Assembly (NCBI RefSeq): GCF_009834535.1
Contig: NC_045696.1
Span: 28,088,001 to 28,152,000 of the forward strand
Length of the DNA stretch: 64,000 nt
Origin: Camelus ferus
Lineage: Eukaryota
Direction of reading: 5' to 3'
Under the pieces are notes generated by a model. That model was given only the letters and a program-made list of their open reading frames with translations, ran no database searches and was not told the origin of the DNA. Made by a program: the position numbers and the translations under genes. Below are positions 12,663 through 24,942 of the stretch, piece after piece. Within the stretch, counting starts at the first letter, position 1, and the number at the start of each line of letters is the position of its first letter.

Positions 12663-13214
12663 ATTGCTTCTTCATTTTGTTGATTGTTTCTTTTGCTGTG
12701 CATAAGCTTTCAAGTTTGATGTAGTGTGATATCACTTATATGTGGACTCTAAAAAACCAAACTCATTAAAAATCGAGTAGAAAGGAGGTTAATTAGGGGC
12801 AGAGAGATGAGGAAATAGGAGAGATGTTCTTTAAGGATATAGAATTGCAACAGTAAACTAATAGGTCAAGGGGATCTAATGCACAGTATAGTGAATATTG
12901 ACAACAATATGGTATCATAATCATCAAACTTGCTAGGAGATTAGATCTTAATTATTCCAAATCCCCAAAAGAAATGATCATTATGTGTGGTGATAGAGGT
13001 GTTAATTATTAATACACTGGCAACCATATGACAATACAAAATGTATCAAATCAATATATACTTTAAATTTACACAATGTTATATGTTAAATATATTTCAA
13101 TTAAAGAAAACATATATAAAACCTGTAAATCTGTGACTAAAAAGAAAAAAAAAAGAGTATTTGTTGCTTGATTCCTTATTCCATTCCACTCATGGCTTTT
13201 ATGCAGTTAAGTTC

Positions 13215-13465
13215 TTTTATTTTTTTATTGAATTATAGTCGATTTACAATGTGTGTCAATTTCTGGTGTACAGTAGAGTAATTCATATATATACATGAAA
13301 TATATATATTCCTTTTTGTATTTTTGTTATTATAGGCCATTACAAGGTACTGAATATAGTTTCCTGTGCTATATAGTAAGACCTTGTTGTTTATCTATTT
13401 TATACATAGTAATTAATATCTGCAAATCTTGAACTCAGTTTATCCCTCCATCCCCTAGTTTCCGA
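13215..13465 (-). mobile_element. Lineage-specific L1 3' end
   Basis: T-rich tail then 'attgaattatagtcgatttacaatgtgtgtcaatttctggtgtacag...tataggccattacaaggtactgaatatagtttcctgtgctata'. Confidence 0.9.
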
Positions 13466-13479
13466 TGTAAGTTTTTTTA

Positions 13480-14350
13480 GAAGAGTTCTCTGTTTTCACT
13501 TTCTCCATTGCCTTAACATCCCTTCATTTTTCCTACCACTCCAATCTGACTTCCACTTCTATCACAGTGCTGAAGCTTCTCTTAGTAATGTGGCCAATGA
13601 CTTTCTTCATGCTTTCTTCAGTCACTGCCTGTTCTTTGGAAATCCTCCTTTCTCTTGGCCTCTGTTCTGTTACTCATTCTTGGCTTTCCTCCTAAAATCC
13701 AGTACATTTTAGAGTATTTTTTGGACCCTCCTTCTCCTCCTTCTCTACTTTACTCTTAAAAAGTGAAATCTCTAAAGAGACTGTCCTGGGTCTTTTTCTC
13801 TTTCTAGAAAATTCTATCTATAAATATTTTCTATGTGCTAGTATTTCTGCAGTCTAGCTCTCCATCATGAGGTTCAGGCTCATGTGCCCAAATGATTATT
13901 TGACATCTTCACTTGTCATCGTCTTAGGGACATCTCACATTTAACATGTCCAAAATTGAATTCTTGATCAAATCCCCTCTATCCCCATCTCTGAACTAAA
14001 TATATTGCTTCTCCGGTCTTTCCCTGCTCTTCCATCCAGGTACCCATGCCACATGCCTGAGAACCATTTTACCCTTGCCCTACCTTCCATATCCCAACCA
14101 TCACTGTCTCTATTGGTTTCACCCAGGTATTCATAGACAATGAGTTCCATCACCTTCCCTCCCTCCCTTTCATAGCTAGACCGTCACTAAGTCCTGTTGA
14201 TTCTATCTCTAAATTATTTATCAAATCTTCCAGTTTCCGTCCACCTTCACTATATCTACTCTTGACAAAATCACCATCTTCTCTTGTATGGATGTGACAA
14301 TTACCTCCTAACTGATTCCTCTGTTCCTAGCCTAGCTTCCACATTATCCA
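13480..14350 (+). mobile_element. L2 LINE fragment
   Basis: 'ccactccaatctgacttccacttctatcacagtgctgaagcttctct', 'gacatctcacatttaacatgtccaaaattgaattcttgatc', 'aagtcctgttgattctatctctaaa', 'acctcctaactgattcctctg'. Confidence 0.85.
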
Positions 14351-14379
14351 TTGGGTAAATACAAACAATGAGGTTTTTA

Positions 14380-14808
14380 AAATACATTGAGTAAAACATA
14401 TGCAATATAATACGTATAAAGTATATACCTAAGTACTGATCTTAAGTATGCAGCTCAATAAACTTTTGCTATGTATGTATCCACTACCCTGAGCAAGATA
14501 TAAAATATTCCCTATATTTAGCAGTTTCCTTCATGCTCCTTTCCAGTCGATTCTCACTTCTATTTCAGGAAACTGCTATTTTTACTTCTCATGTTCAGTT
14601 TTGCCTTTTCTTGAACTTTATATAAACTAAATCCTATGTGCTCATATGTGATTTACGTTACAGTATAATGTCTGTGGGGCTTATTCAGGACACCTTCAGT
14701 AACAGTAGTTTAGTGTATTTTTATACTGCATAATATTCCACTATGTGAATATACCACAATTTACTTACCTCTTTTCCTATTGATGGGCATTAGGATTTTT
14801 TCCTGTCG
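14380..14808 (-). mobile_element. Old L1M (L1MD/ME-like) 3' end nested in L2
   Basis: 'gatcttaagtatgcagctcaataaactttt', 'gttttgccttttcttgaactttatataaa', 'ataatattccactatgtgaatataccacaattt', 'ctattgatgggcatt'. Confidence 0.8.
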
Positions 14809-17800
14809 ACGTAGCTCTTCTTACACATGGCTTTAACATGGGCTTCTTTACAGCCCTAGCTCCCTCAAAATATATCTGTCTCATAAATTCAGGAAAAGCT
14901 TCATAAAAGCTTGATTTCAATATACCATTTTCTCTCCAAAAACTTTATACAGTGTCCTTTAAGTGCTCATCCCATCAAGTTTAAGCTGGAGGCACAGTAA
15001 AGGTCTCCATAATTGACCTCTGTTGTGTTTATCCAGACTTATTTGCCACTCAGTACTCTTCCATCAGGACTCTTTATCCATCAGACCAGCTTTAACTTTT
15101 CCTCCTTTCAGTCTCCTCTTTTTTTCCCTTATTATTTCCTAGCAATATCTTTTGTCTGACTTTTCCTTCCTCAAGAATAGCCAGTGTATTCCCTCTTTGC
15201 CTAATAAAGTTCTGCTATCTTTGGACTGTCTTTGGTAACTTAGTCAAGTCACATTTGCTTGGAGAATTTTCCTCTGGCATAGCATGGGCAAAACCTCAAC
15301 TTAGTACTTGATTATCTGCTTTTCCTGCTTTCTGTTTTATAATTAATCAACTACTGAAGCTAGATAATGAGACCAAACTATCCAAGAACTTTTTAATGTT
15401 AGAGAACTGCCCCAAATCAAGTCTATCATTTCATAATACTTTGATAGGCACCTAAACTTTGAGATTACATGTGAGTACAGTTTCAAACATTACATCAAAT
15501 AATATGGTATCATTTTGTGATTTGTATTTGATTTTTTTAAAGTAGGAATAGAAAGCAAGAACTTGTGGTGTCAACACTAGATCTTATGCTAAGCATCTAA
15601 AATAGAGGACCAACAAATAAGTCATATCAGCGAATGTAGTGACAAGTCCACTGAGAATTGTGACCAAAAGTGAGGACCCTGGAGCTGCAGAACGTGACTG
15701 ACCAGGCAAGACTTAGAAGCCATCTGTTACTGTGGTCACTTTTCTTCTCAATAGAATTGTCAAAACAGGACAGACACAGGATCTCCACCTAGAATTTATG
15801 TGTGTCAGCTACCACCACCTTCTCAGGAACACCACTACCCTGCACTCAACAACGATTCCATGGTTCATTCTTTAACGCTGGAGCTTTCCTCTATATATTC
15901 TTACTGAAATATTGAGACTAGGTAACTATTACTAGGTTATTTTCTAAAATCCTAAACACACAAAATTTTGGGCCTCTTCACAGTAGCAGTTATTCTTCAC
16001 CTAAGCCACAGTCTTTTCTAAGGCTTCAGTTCCTTCATGTGTTCTCCCTCATGAAATAGTCTTTTTCGAACACTGTAACTCACGAATCCAAGTCATTTTT
16101 TATACATCAGTCATGAATACCCTTCTGCTTATGTCAGTCTTCCCACCATCTGTGAAATCCACCTGGTCTGCTTTAATGCATTTCTTAGCTTGTGATCCTT
16201 TCATATGGCTGCTGATTCAGTCAGCCTCGTGACCCCTCTGGACACCTTTTCACCTCCTTTCCACTGGAACCTGTTACCACTGGTCACCTGTGATCTTATG
16301 CCTGCCAGATTTCAATCTTTTGGGTCATTTAGGGCTTCTGTTTTTATTCATATCAGTTCTCTTACATTTTTCAAGATTAAAAGCATTTTACAACTCAGCA
16401 ATTTCAAGGAAAACGTATTCTTGATGAAGGATAAAAACACCACAATGTGTTCCTGAAATAATATTGATTTTTTGAAATAAGATATTGCTTTACTAACTGC
16501 TCTTTATTTATTGCAGCACCAGCAATAAAAGATACATCAACTATTTTTATATATGTTACCATGAGTACACAAAATCCCATGATTGTCCTCACTGTGATTC
16601 CAGATAGAATTTCCTTAATATTAATTCAGAATATTGTATACTTAATTTTATCACTACTTTTCTATTTTTCAATAATTGTCATTAAAAAAATTACAGTGGA
16701 ACCTAAAAATAATATTACTACTAAAAACAGTGAAAACTGGAATAGTTTTACCACATGGGTCAAAGATTTCCTTAATTATCATTCATGTAAGTAGATTTTA
16801 AATTTCTTAATACAAGTGTTTATCCTTATGAGTAAATTGTAAAATAATATCTATTTATAATATTAATACTATTAAGTGTTACAGTGACCTGAAAAATCTA
16901 CATCTGACAAACCTGTTACTCTCCAGATTTTAAATTACTCATTGAATATCAATGTTTTCTTCATTTGATGGGCTGTTAAATTTAAGTTAAAAAAATCAAA
17001 AGAATAAGATAAATGTAAGGGTATAGTTAGCAGATTTCAAAATATACTGATTGCTGAGAATACTGAGAATTCCCTTCTCAGTAACAGAAAAATTCCAAGA
17101 TATTTATTTTTCACTCCTTGTATTATAAAACTGTCTTTGATTAAAAACTTGATTATTTATTTTCCATTTTCTTTCTTTTTTTTATTTTCACTGTGCAGTG
17201 GATTCAGCTGCATTCATTTCTTATTTTTGCCAGTGCTTCTTGAATTGTTTATTGATGAAACTGAATTTAGATAAACATGGCAATTTAACAAGCTGTAGAA
17301 CTGGAAACTATTTTAAATAGCTTTTAATTTCTAAAATAAATTCTTCCTCACTCAGGCTATCTGTTCGAATGCATACTCATGTACACTGCACTCCCAGGAG
17401 AGAAGCATCTAATTGAACATGATATTTTATGGCCCTAAGACACGTTTGTCATACCCAGGATGTTGAATATTTACAGTCATTATAAAAGTGCCTGTGTAAT
17501 AAAAGTCTCAGAGGATTTAAAACTAAACAGAATCTTGAAGCTAAATCACATTTATGCTGTATGTATGTGGTACTGTATTGCTCAATTAGTCTAATTGCAT
17601 CAAATAACTATGTGAATTATATTCTTCACAAAAATTGAAAATAAATATTCATGATGTCGAGTATGGCTAGTCCTCAGTACACAACTAAACTGTGTTACAT
17701 GAATATGCTTAAATGTTGGTTATTTGGAAATCTGGATTATATTTTCTTGTAAAAATTATAATGAGCTTTATTGTGTGGTCCACAAATACCTCTTTATCCA

Positions 17801-17979
17801 AAATGTGTCTGTAATAAGTATGAGCTCTTTAGTCTTTCTTTGGTATTATGTTTATTCAATTTTCTACACTGGTCAAGGTAGGGACATTTTCTGACCCAGA
17901 ATCACTTTAATTTTAAGCCTTATATCTTTCAAGACGTGATCATTTTCAGTTCTGTACTATCTCTCTGACAAAGACAAAC

Positions 17980-18255
17980 CAAAGGACAAACTCGTATGAT
18001 TCCACTCACATGAGATGCCCAGAGTAGTCAAATTCATAGAAACAGAAAGTAGAATGGTGGTTGCCAAGGGCTGGGAGGAGGAATAAATGGGGAGTTATTA
18101 TTTAATGGGTATGGATTTTCAATTTTGTGAAATGGAAGTCTGGAAATGGATGGTGGTGATGATTGCACAACAATAATGCACTTAATGCCACTGAATTATT
18201 CATTTAAAGATGGTTAAAATGGTAAATTTTATGTATGTTTTACCATAATTAAAAT
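17980..18255 (+). mobile_element. L1MB-like 3' end
   Basis: 'gtatgattccactcacatgag...agtcaaattcatagaaacagaaagtagaatggtggttgccaagggctggg...cttaatgccactgaatt...ggttaaaatggtaaattttatg'. Confidence 0.9.
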
Positions 18256-21179
18256 ATATTAATTTGTTAATTATTTAATGGACTAAAGTATGAATTAGGT
18301 TATTTTAATAATGTATTAAACTAACCTATGTAATTGTGATGACCTAACTGAGGTCATTATGAAACTCCAGATGATCAATATTTAAAAGAATTGTGTATGT
18401 TTTTCTTCTTATAATGGAGACATTTGGATTGACTGAAAATTTGTAGAATTTGGACAACACTGAATTGCTTAGAAAACAAACGTCACATTCAAACACGGAT
18501 AAAAGTTTACCCTTGAGTTCCAAAGGGCTTTACGAAGCCAGGGCAGTTTCCAGTTAACACAGACACTCCGACTCTATGGGTAAGCCTTCAGATTCTTACT
18601 GTTGATAAAGAAGGCATACCCCTTTACTTGTTATACTTTTTAAATTTTTCTGTAGTGAAAATGTTTTTGTAATTTGAACATGATTCTGATGACAGTGAAG
18701 CAATGTTTTTCAGCTTTCATGGATATTATACCACATAAATTGTGACCGCAATTCTCTTATGAGTATTATCTTTGACAAACACTGTAGAGCTCATTGCTTC
18801 ACTCATAAGTTCTATATCAAATCTGCTTCTGCGGCTTTTTCATTGCTTAACTGTTAAAGTGGTACTGCTAGTTACTGAGAGGATCAAAACTGAAACATGG
18901 AAGTGATGTGGAACTACATACTTCTAAGGTTGGTTTTTCATATTATGCAGAATATGGATATTTAATTTAAGTAATAATCAACGTAAAATCACACTATTAA
19001 TTAGTTGCTGTATTATAACATAATACATAAAGTATTATAACATAGAATAAATACATTGCCTTAACTCGAGAAACACTGAAATAAAAATGTAGACAGAACA
19101 TAAAGAGATGTGGAGACAGAATGAAAGACAAGCAAGTATATGTAGGAAAATGAACACAATTTTCCTTATTTAGCTGCACTCCTTGATTTGAAGGGTAAAC
19201 TCAGCTTTAACACTTCTATTTGCTAATGTTAACATGTGCATTGCCTGCTGACTTTACCAAAATTTTATATTCTCATTCACAATGCACAGCAGTTGTTTTG
19301 GGGTTAATATTAGGTACAATATCTCAAAGGAGAAGAACCTCTCTTTTCTAGAATGTGACTTGTGTTAAAGGTGACAAAGGAAATTATCCCAGATTTCCCT
19401 TACAGGTCACCACACACGTTTTGTTTATTTCATAAAGCAGATGAAGAGTAATTTAAAAACCAGTTTATAGTATCCAGGCATTGTGAAGTAGCAGATACAC
19501 TTTCTTCTTCTAGTATTTTAGTTTATACTTGCTTCATACTGCTTAGTAAACTTTATCACTTGTATTATACCATAATTAAAATTTTATCAGATGTAACCCT
19601 GATACACTGCTTCAGAATTCCCACAACTTTTTATATCAGAAAGCCCCTGTATTTCCAAAATGGGATCCAATAAAAATCCTGGGAAGAAGGAATGTAGAGG
19701 GAAAAATAATGATAAGTAGGAGACAAGAATGCAGCATTTGTTCACTGTGCTGTTTGCAAACCAACCGACAGTCAGTCCTCCTGATCTCAACTGTTGTAGA
19801 ATCTTTCCATAACCCCAATGAGATTTAAAATTCAAATGCAGAATTATTGTTCTAATATATGCAAAGAGCATTTGTCTGTGTGGACGTATATGCATGCGGC
19901 ATCCAAATCTGATTTGCAATATCTAGTGTTTCCTTCTAGACATAAGAGCTCAACCAAAATGTTTTTCCTTCCTCAAAATATGGGATTTAATTACAAGTAA
20001 AAGTATAGGAACTTCAGAATAAAGCTTTAAACACCTCTTGGAATCAATTATCATCAAGTAGACAGTAATTGCCCGCTCAGTATAGTTATTAATGCTCACT
20101 ATCATTTTATATAGGAAGAATGTAGAAAAGGCTGTCACACAAAAGGACTGAATCTTAGCCTAACGTAAGAAGAAATTTTATTAGTGACAGGTATTGGATG
20201 CTCACTAATCTCTCTGATAACATGAGAGTGACTTAAGAATATTTCACTAATGTGAAAAACGTTTTAAACAAGCATTTGAAATGGGAGGCATAATTAAGAG
20301 AAAGAAAATCAATAGAGCCAAATGTATGAAAATTCATGAGTTGGGAAACAAATTAATTTTAAAACATCAGATTAAGTAGGATTTTCTGTAGAGAAGAACA
20401 GAAAATCAGCCTAGAATACAAATGGTGTCAAATAAGTGGTTTTGAAAAATCAGTGGAAGTAAATATCTAAAATGAATAAACTAAGTATAATAAAAATATA
20501 GGGAAGAGTTTTTGCCCATAAACTGCCATAGTTTCCCATTGGCTTTTTAAAACAGGTTCAATTCTGAATTATATAATAAATTGAGGACATGGAAAAGTTA
20601 AATAGATTAAATAAGAAAAATCATAATTATTTTGATTTCAGAATTTGGGTAAAAACAGAAAATTCATAAATCCATTTATATTGCCATGGAACAAAAAAGT
20701 ATGGGAAACTGTGTTCTCAAAACAAGTATTCTCTGATGCCCCATGAGAAATGTTCTATTTTCACTAAACCCTGAACAAAGGGACTACGATAAGAGTATCT
20801 GGCTAGTTTTCATTTCGGTGGTACATGTATATTTTGGTAAACTGAAATAGTGTGTGGAGTGAATTTATCAGAACAAGAGGTATATATAGATTTGGTAATG
20901 GATTATCCATTTTTGCAAATTTGAAAATAACCCCCAAAAGGAGTTCATAAATATTGAAAAACAAAGAGATATTAATGTATTCTTCACATTAATTAAAAAT
21001 ATGATTGTTACTTAAAAGACTAATTAAATATTCTGTCATTTATAATAGACATGTTACAAATAAGGTGACTTGAAAATAGATTATAATAACTAATTAACAA
21101 AGAATGATAGAGATGACATTCTCTAATTCTTAAAAGCATGACATATTCGGGCTAAAGGAGTTTTTAATATCAACATCAT

Positions 21180-23120
21180 GCGTGTAAATAAATATAATAT
21201 TAAGTAAAATAGCTAGCAAGATGGTAAGTTTAAGTTAAAATATATAATTAAGTGTAAATGGTATAAACAAATCAGTTAAAAGACAGATGTGGTCAGACTG
21301 GATTTAAAAAAAGCAAAAACCAATTAGATGATATGTCTATGAGAAACACATAATAAACATAATAATATACATAGAATAAAAGTAAAATGTTACAAGAAGA
21401 CACATCTTGCAAAAATTAAAACAGTGAAATGTGGAGTGGCTATATTCATATCAGATATATTCAAGTTCAGAACTACTATTGCCACACATAAAAATAAAAA
21501 TAATGATAAATGGCTCAATTCATTATGATGGTAAAAATCCTAAATGCATACACACAGAATGACAGAGTTTCAAAATGCATGAAGGAAAAAATGAAATGAA
21601 AGGAGAAATAGATAAAACCACAATAATAGTTGGAGAGTCCTCTCTCAATAACACATAGAAAAAGAAATATCATTAAGGATACAGAACACCTGAACTACAT
21701 TATCAACCAACCTGAGCTAACTGATATTTACAGAGCACTCCACCAAACAGCAGAATACACACTCTTGTCAACTAGACATGGAACATAGACCAAGATATAT
21801 CTCATCCTGGGCCAGAAAACAAACTCAAATTGAAAAGAATGAAAATCATACAAAGTTTTTTCCCTTAAAGAAAATGAAGTTTAAATAGAAAATGCTAACA
21901 GAAAGAAGCATGGAAATCCCCAAACATTTGGTAATTAAATATTACGTTTATAAATAACCTGTGTATCCAAAAGGGAAGTAAAAAGGAATATAAATTATTT
22001 TGAATTAAATAGAACAGAAAATATAACACAAAAAGTCATGGAATGCACGTAAGTAGTGCTTAGCATGAAATTTAAAGCATTAAGATAATAAATGGATTTA
22101 GCAATGCCTCACGATAAAAGGTTAAAACATAAAAATCAGTTGTATTTATATAGTCTTGTAATAAACAACTGGAAATTGAAATAATAAAAAACTATATTAT
22201 ATTAAAGCATGGAAAATCATAAAATACTTAAAGATACATTTAGCAAAATACGTGCAAGGTTTGTATGCTGAAAACTTTAAAATGTTGATGGAGAAATATA
22301 CCAGTTCCATGAGCTGGAAAACTCCATGTTACTATAATGTCAATTTTTCTCAAACGGGTCTATAATTTCAATGTAATCCCAATGACAATCACTGATTTTT
22401 TAATAGAAACAAAGATGCTGATTTGAAAAATTCACATTGAAAACTAAAGCTGATTAACTAAATTAACCAATATGGATCTAAATAAGAACAAAATTGGAAG
22501 ACTCAAATAAGCTAATTTTAAGACTCAAAAACTAATACAGTTTTGTAATGACATAAGGATTAACATGTAGATCAAAGAAATATAACACAGAATCCAGAAG
22601 CAGACCATACATATATACACTCATATAGTCAGACCAAGGTAATTCAGTGAGAAATAGGCGGTATTTGCATAAAAAGGTATCTTGACTGTTACTATATAAA
22701 AATTAACCCCAAATGGATCATAAAAGTAAATATAAAAACTAAAACTCTGTATATACTACCAGAAAAATTAAAGAATACATTTGTGACCATAAGTTAAGCA
22801 AATATTTTGACAAGACACAAAAGCACTAATTAGAAAAGAAAAAAAAATGGACTCCTTCAAAATTAAAATCTTTTGCTCTTCAAAAGACATCACTGAGAAA
22901 ATGAAAAGTCAAACTAGCGATGAGGAGAAAATATTTGAAAAATAGATTTCTGAGGAAGGACTTGAACCCTGAATGCATAAAGAACTCTTCTAAGTCAATA
23001 AGAAATGAAACAAAAACCCAATAAAAAATAAGGAAACATTTTGAACAGACGCGTTAACGAAGAAGAGACCCAGATGACCAAAAGTCAGATTAAAAAAAGT
23101 TCAACACTGAGTCATAAAAG
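21180..23120 (+). mobile_element. Old decayed L1 ORF2: endonuclease region joined to post-RT region (internal deletion)
   Basis: EN-region motifs 'gtcagactggatttaaaaaaagcaa', 'ggagtggctatattcatatcaga', 'acaataatagttggagag', 'gatatttacagagcactccacc'. Later 'tgtatgctgaaaactttaaaatgttgatg', 'aaaattaaccccaaatggatcata', 'cttttgctcttcaaaagaca'. No open frame. Confidence 0.85.
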
Positions 23121-24724
23121 AAACAGAATAAAACACAATGTTATACTATTATACATACATTGGAATGACTAAAATTTCAAATAAGGTAGTAGGAAATGCC
23201 ATACAAAACAGTCTGATTTCTATGCATACATATTTGTTCTTATTTCAGAATTACTAGAATAGAGGTCTAACTTACTGGAATTAAAATCTAATGTTAACTA
23301 CTGCTACTCCCAGTTTTTCTTTCCAAGTAGTAAAAAACCTTTAGTTTCCACATATAGTGACATCCAGAGCAAACTCTATATTCAGCATAATTCTGACCCA
23401 CTAACTAATCCTTAATTTTTAATAGTGAAGGGCTTGGTATCTTGTTACTGTGGATTCAATCTTTTATATTAGTACTTGAATAGTTCTTTTAAAAAGCAAA
23501 AAGAAAAACGACCTCAGATACCCATCTCTCAATTCTCAAAGTTGTTACTAACAGATCTCTAATTGAACAAAATAATCTTTCTTGTTTGGTAAAAGCTCCA
23601 GCTTCAGCCACTGAAGCCATGTCCATCTCTGTGGTCCAGACATGTCTGGGCAGGGCTGACCTCCCTGAAGGACAAAGCCCACTGGACTCAGAAGCTTCCT
23701 TGTTGGGAACTCATTCAGATCTCAGGTGTGACAAGCTTGACTCGGTACACAGCTAGTCACTAGTAGGAAGAAGTAAGTCTGAATAAAGATTTGGAATATT
23801 AACTGAGCTCTGTCTCAGACCTTGAGAGTTTAGGATGGTGGAGCTAGATGGCTTTAAGAATTGCTAACAATTGTGAACACTCTGTGATTTACTCCAACAG
23901 ATTGCTTTCTGCAAATTTCTGTCTCACTCTGCCAAGAAACATTGCATAACCCTGACATGCAAAGGTTCAGAATACGCACACAAGAAGGGGCAAGAAAAGT
24001 GGCAACAGTGCTCAGTAAGGGAGTTTGTTTTGGTTCCTCGTGGTCAAAGTTCTATCCAGCAGCTGGGGAACAAGTGGAAGAGAAAGACGAGGGTCAGGGA
24101 GCTGCCTGGCTGTGATGAGGCACCCTCTGAACTCCCAGGATTTCTGGGACTCTTCAGGGTTGAATTTCTGCATCAGAAGGTGGTGACATAAGAAACGAAA
24201 ATGGGTTACACTTTATAATTCCGTCAACATTCAACATTCCTAATTCAGTTCCCCAAGATAAAATATCTCATTCCTTTAAGATTCTTTCTTTGAAAATCAA
24301 GTTAAATTTTCTATAATCTGGAGAAGAAAGGGTTAGAGTTAATAACTTCCTTTGAGAATCTTTTCATTATTTATATCTTGTATTTATTTTTATAAAATAT
24401 CAACTCTACTTAGGTACATTTTCATTTTGGCCTAACATGAAAGATATAAAAAGACACAGCATAATTTGTATCTAATCCATTAAAATACATCATCATAAAT
24501 TAATTTCCAATTATAAACTAGTTGAAAAAGGGCAGAAGTCACTTAATTTCCTGTGTATTACTTTGTCTACTGGACTGAAAAAGAGTGTTCATTTTGTGCC
24601 TTCAATATTCAAAATGCAACTATAATTTAATCATGCCTTCCCATCTGATAGGAGAAGGAGAACATGAAGAGAGGGACCACGTGTATAAGGCCTCCTAGCA
24701 GAGTTCGGGGACAAGTCGCAGGTA

Positions 24725-24942
24725 ATTCTGTACAGCACTGAATCTGTGTCAGCTGCTCCCGTGCACCCTTCACGCCCATCCCTTTAATCCTCATGGCAAC
24801 ACTGTGATATAACAGATGGGTTCCTGGAGAATAATTCAAAGTGTCAGACTTCCTGCATGGTCTCCTTCAACTGTCTCGACTTTTAGATGCAGATGGTTGA
24901 GTGTGGACTCAAACACAGCTGGCCACGTTTTCACAACTACAT
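24725..24942 (-). mobile_element. MIR fragment
   Basis: 'tttaatcctcatggcaacactgtgatata' and 'ggactcaaacacag' resemble antisense MIR. Confidence 0.5.

Larger units (their letters stand above)
11404..13155 (+). mobile_element. 5'-inverted L1 (L1MA-like): inverted ORF2 end 11404-~12724, sense 3'UTR ~12725-13155, interrupted by an insert at ~12148-12660
   Basis: Antisense ORF2 C-terminal sequence switches to sense 3'UTR at 'tgatgtag|tgtgatatcacttatatgtgga'. Poly(A) at ~13139-13154. TSD agtatttgttgctt at 11390-11403 and 13156-13169. Confidence 0.88.

Noticed and set aside
19587..20138. Cluster of overlapping short ORFs on both strands
   Set aside because: No recognisable protein; consistent with chance.
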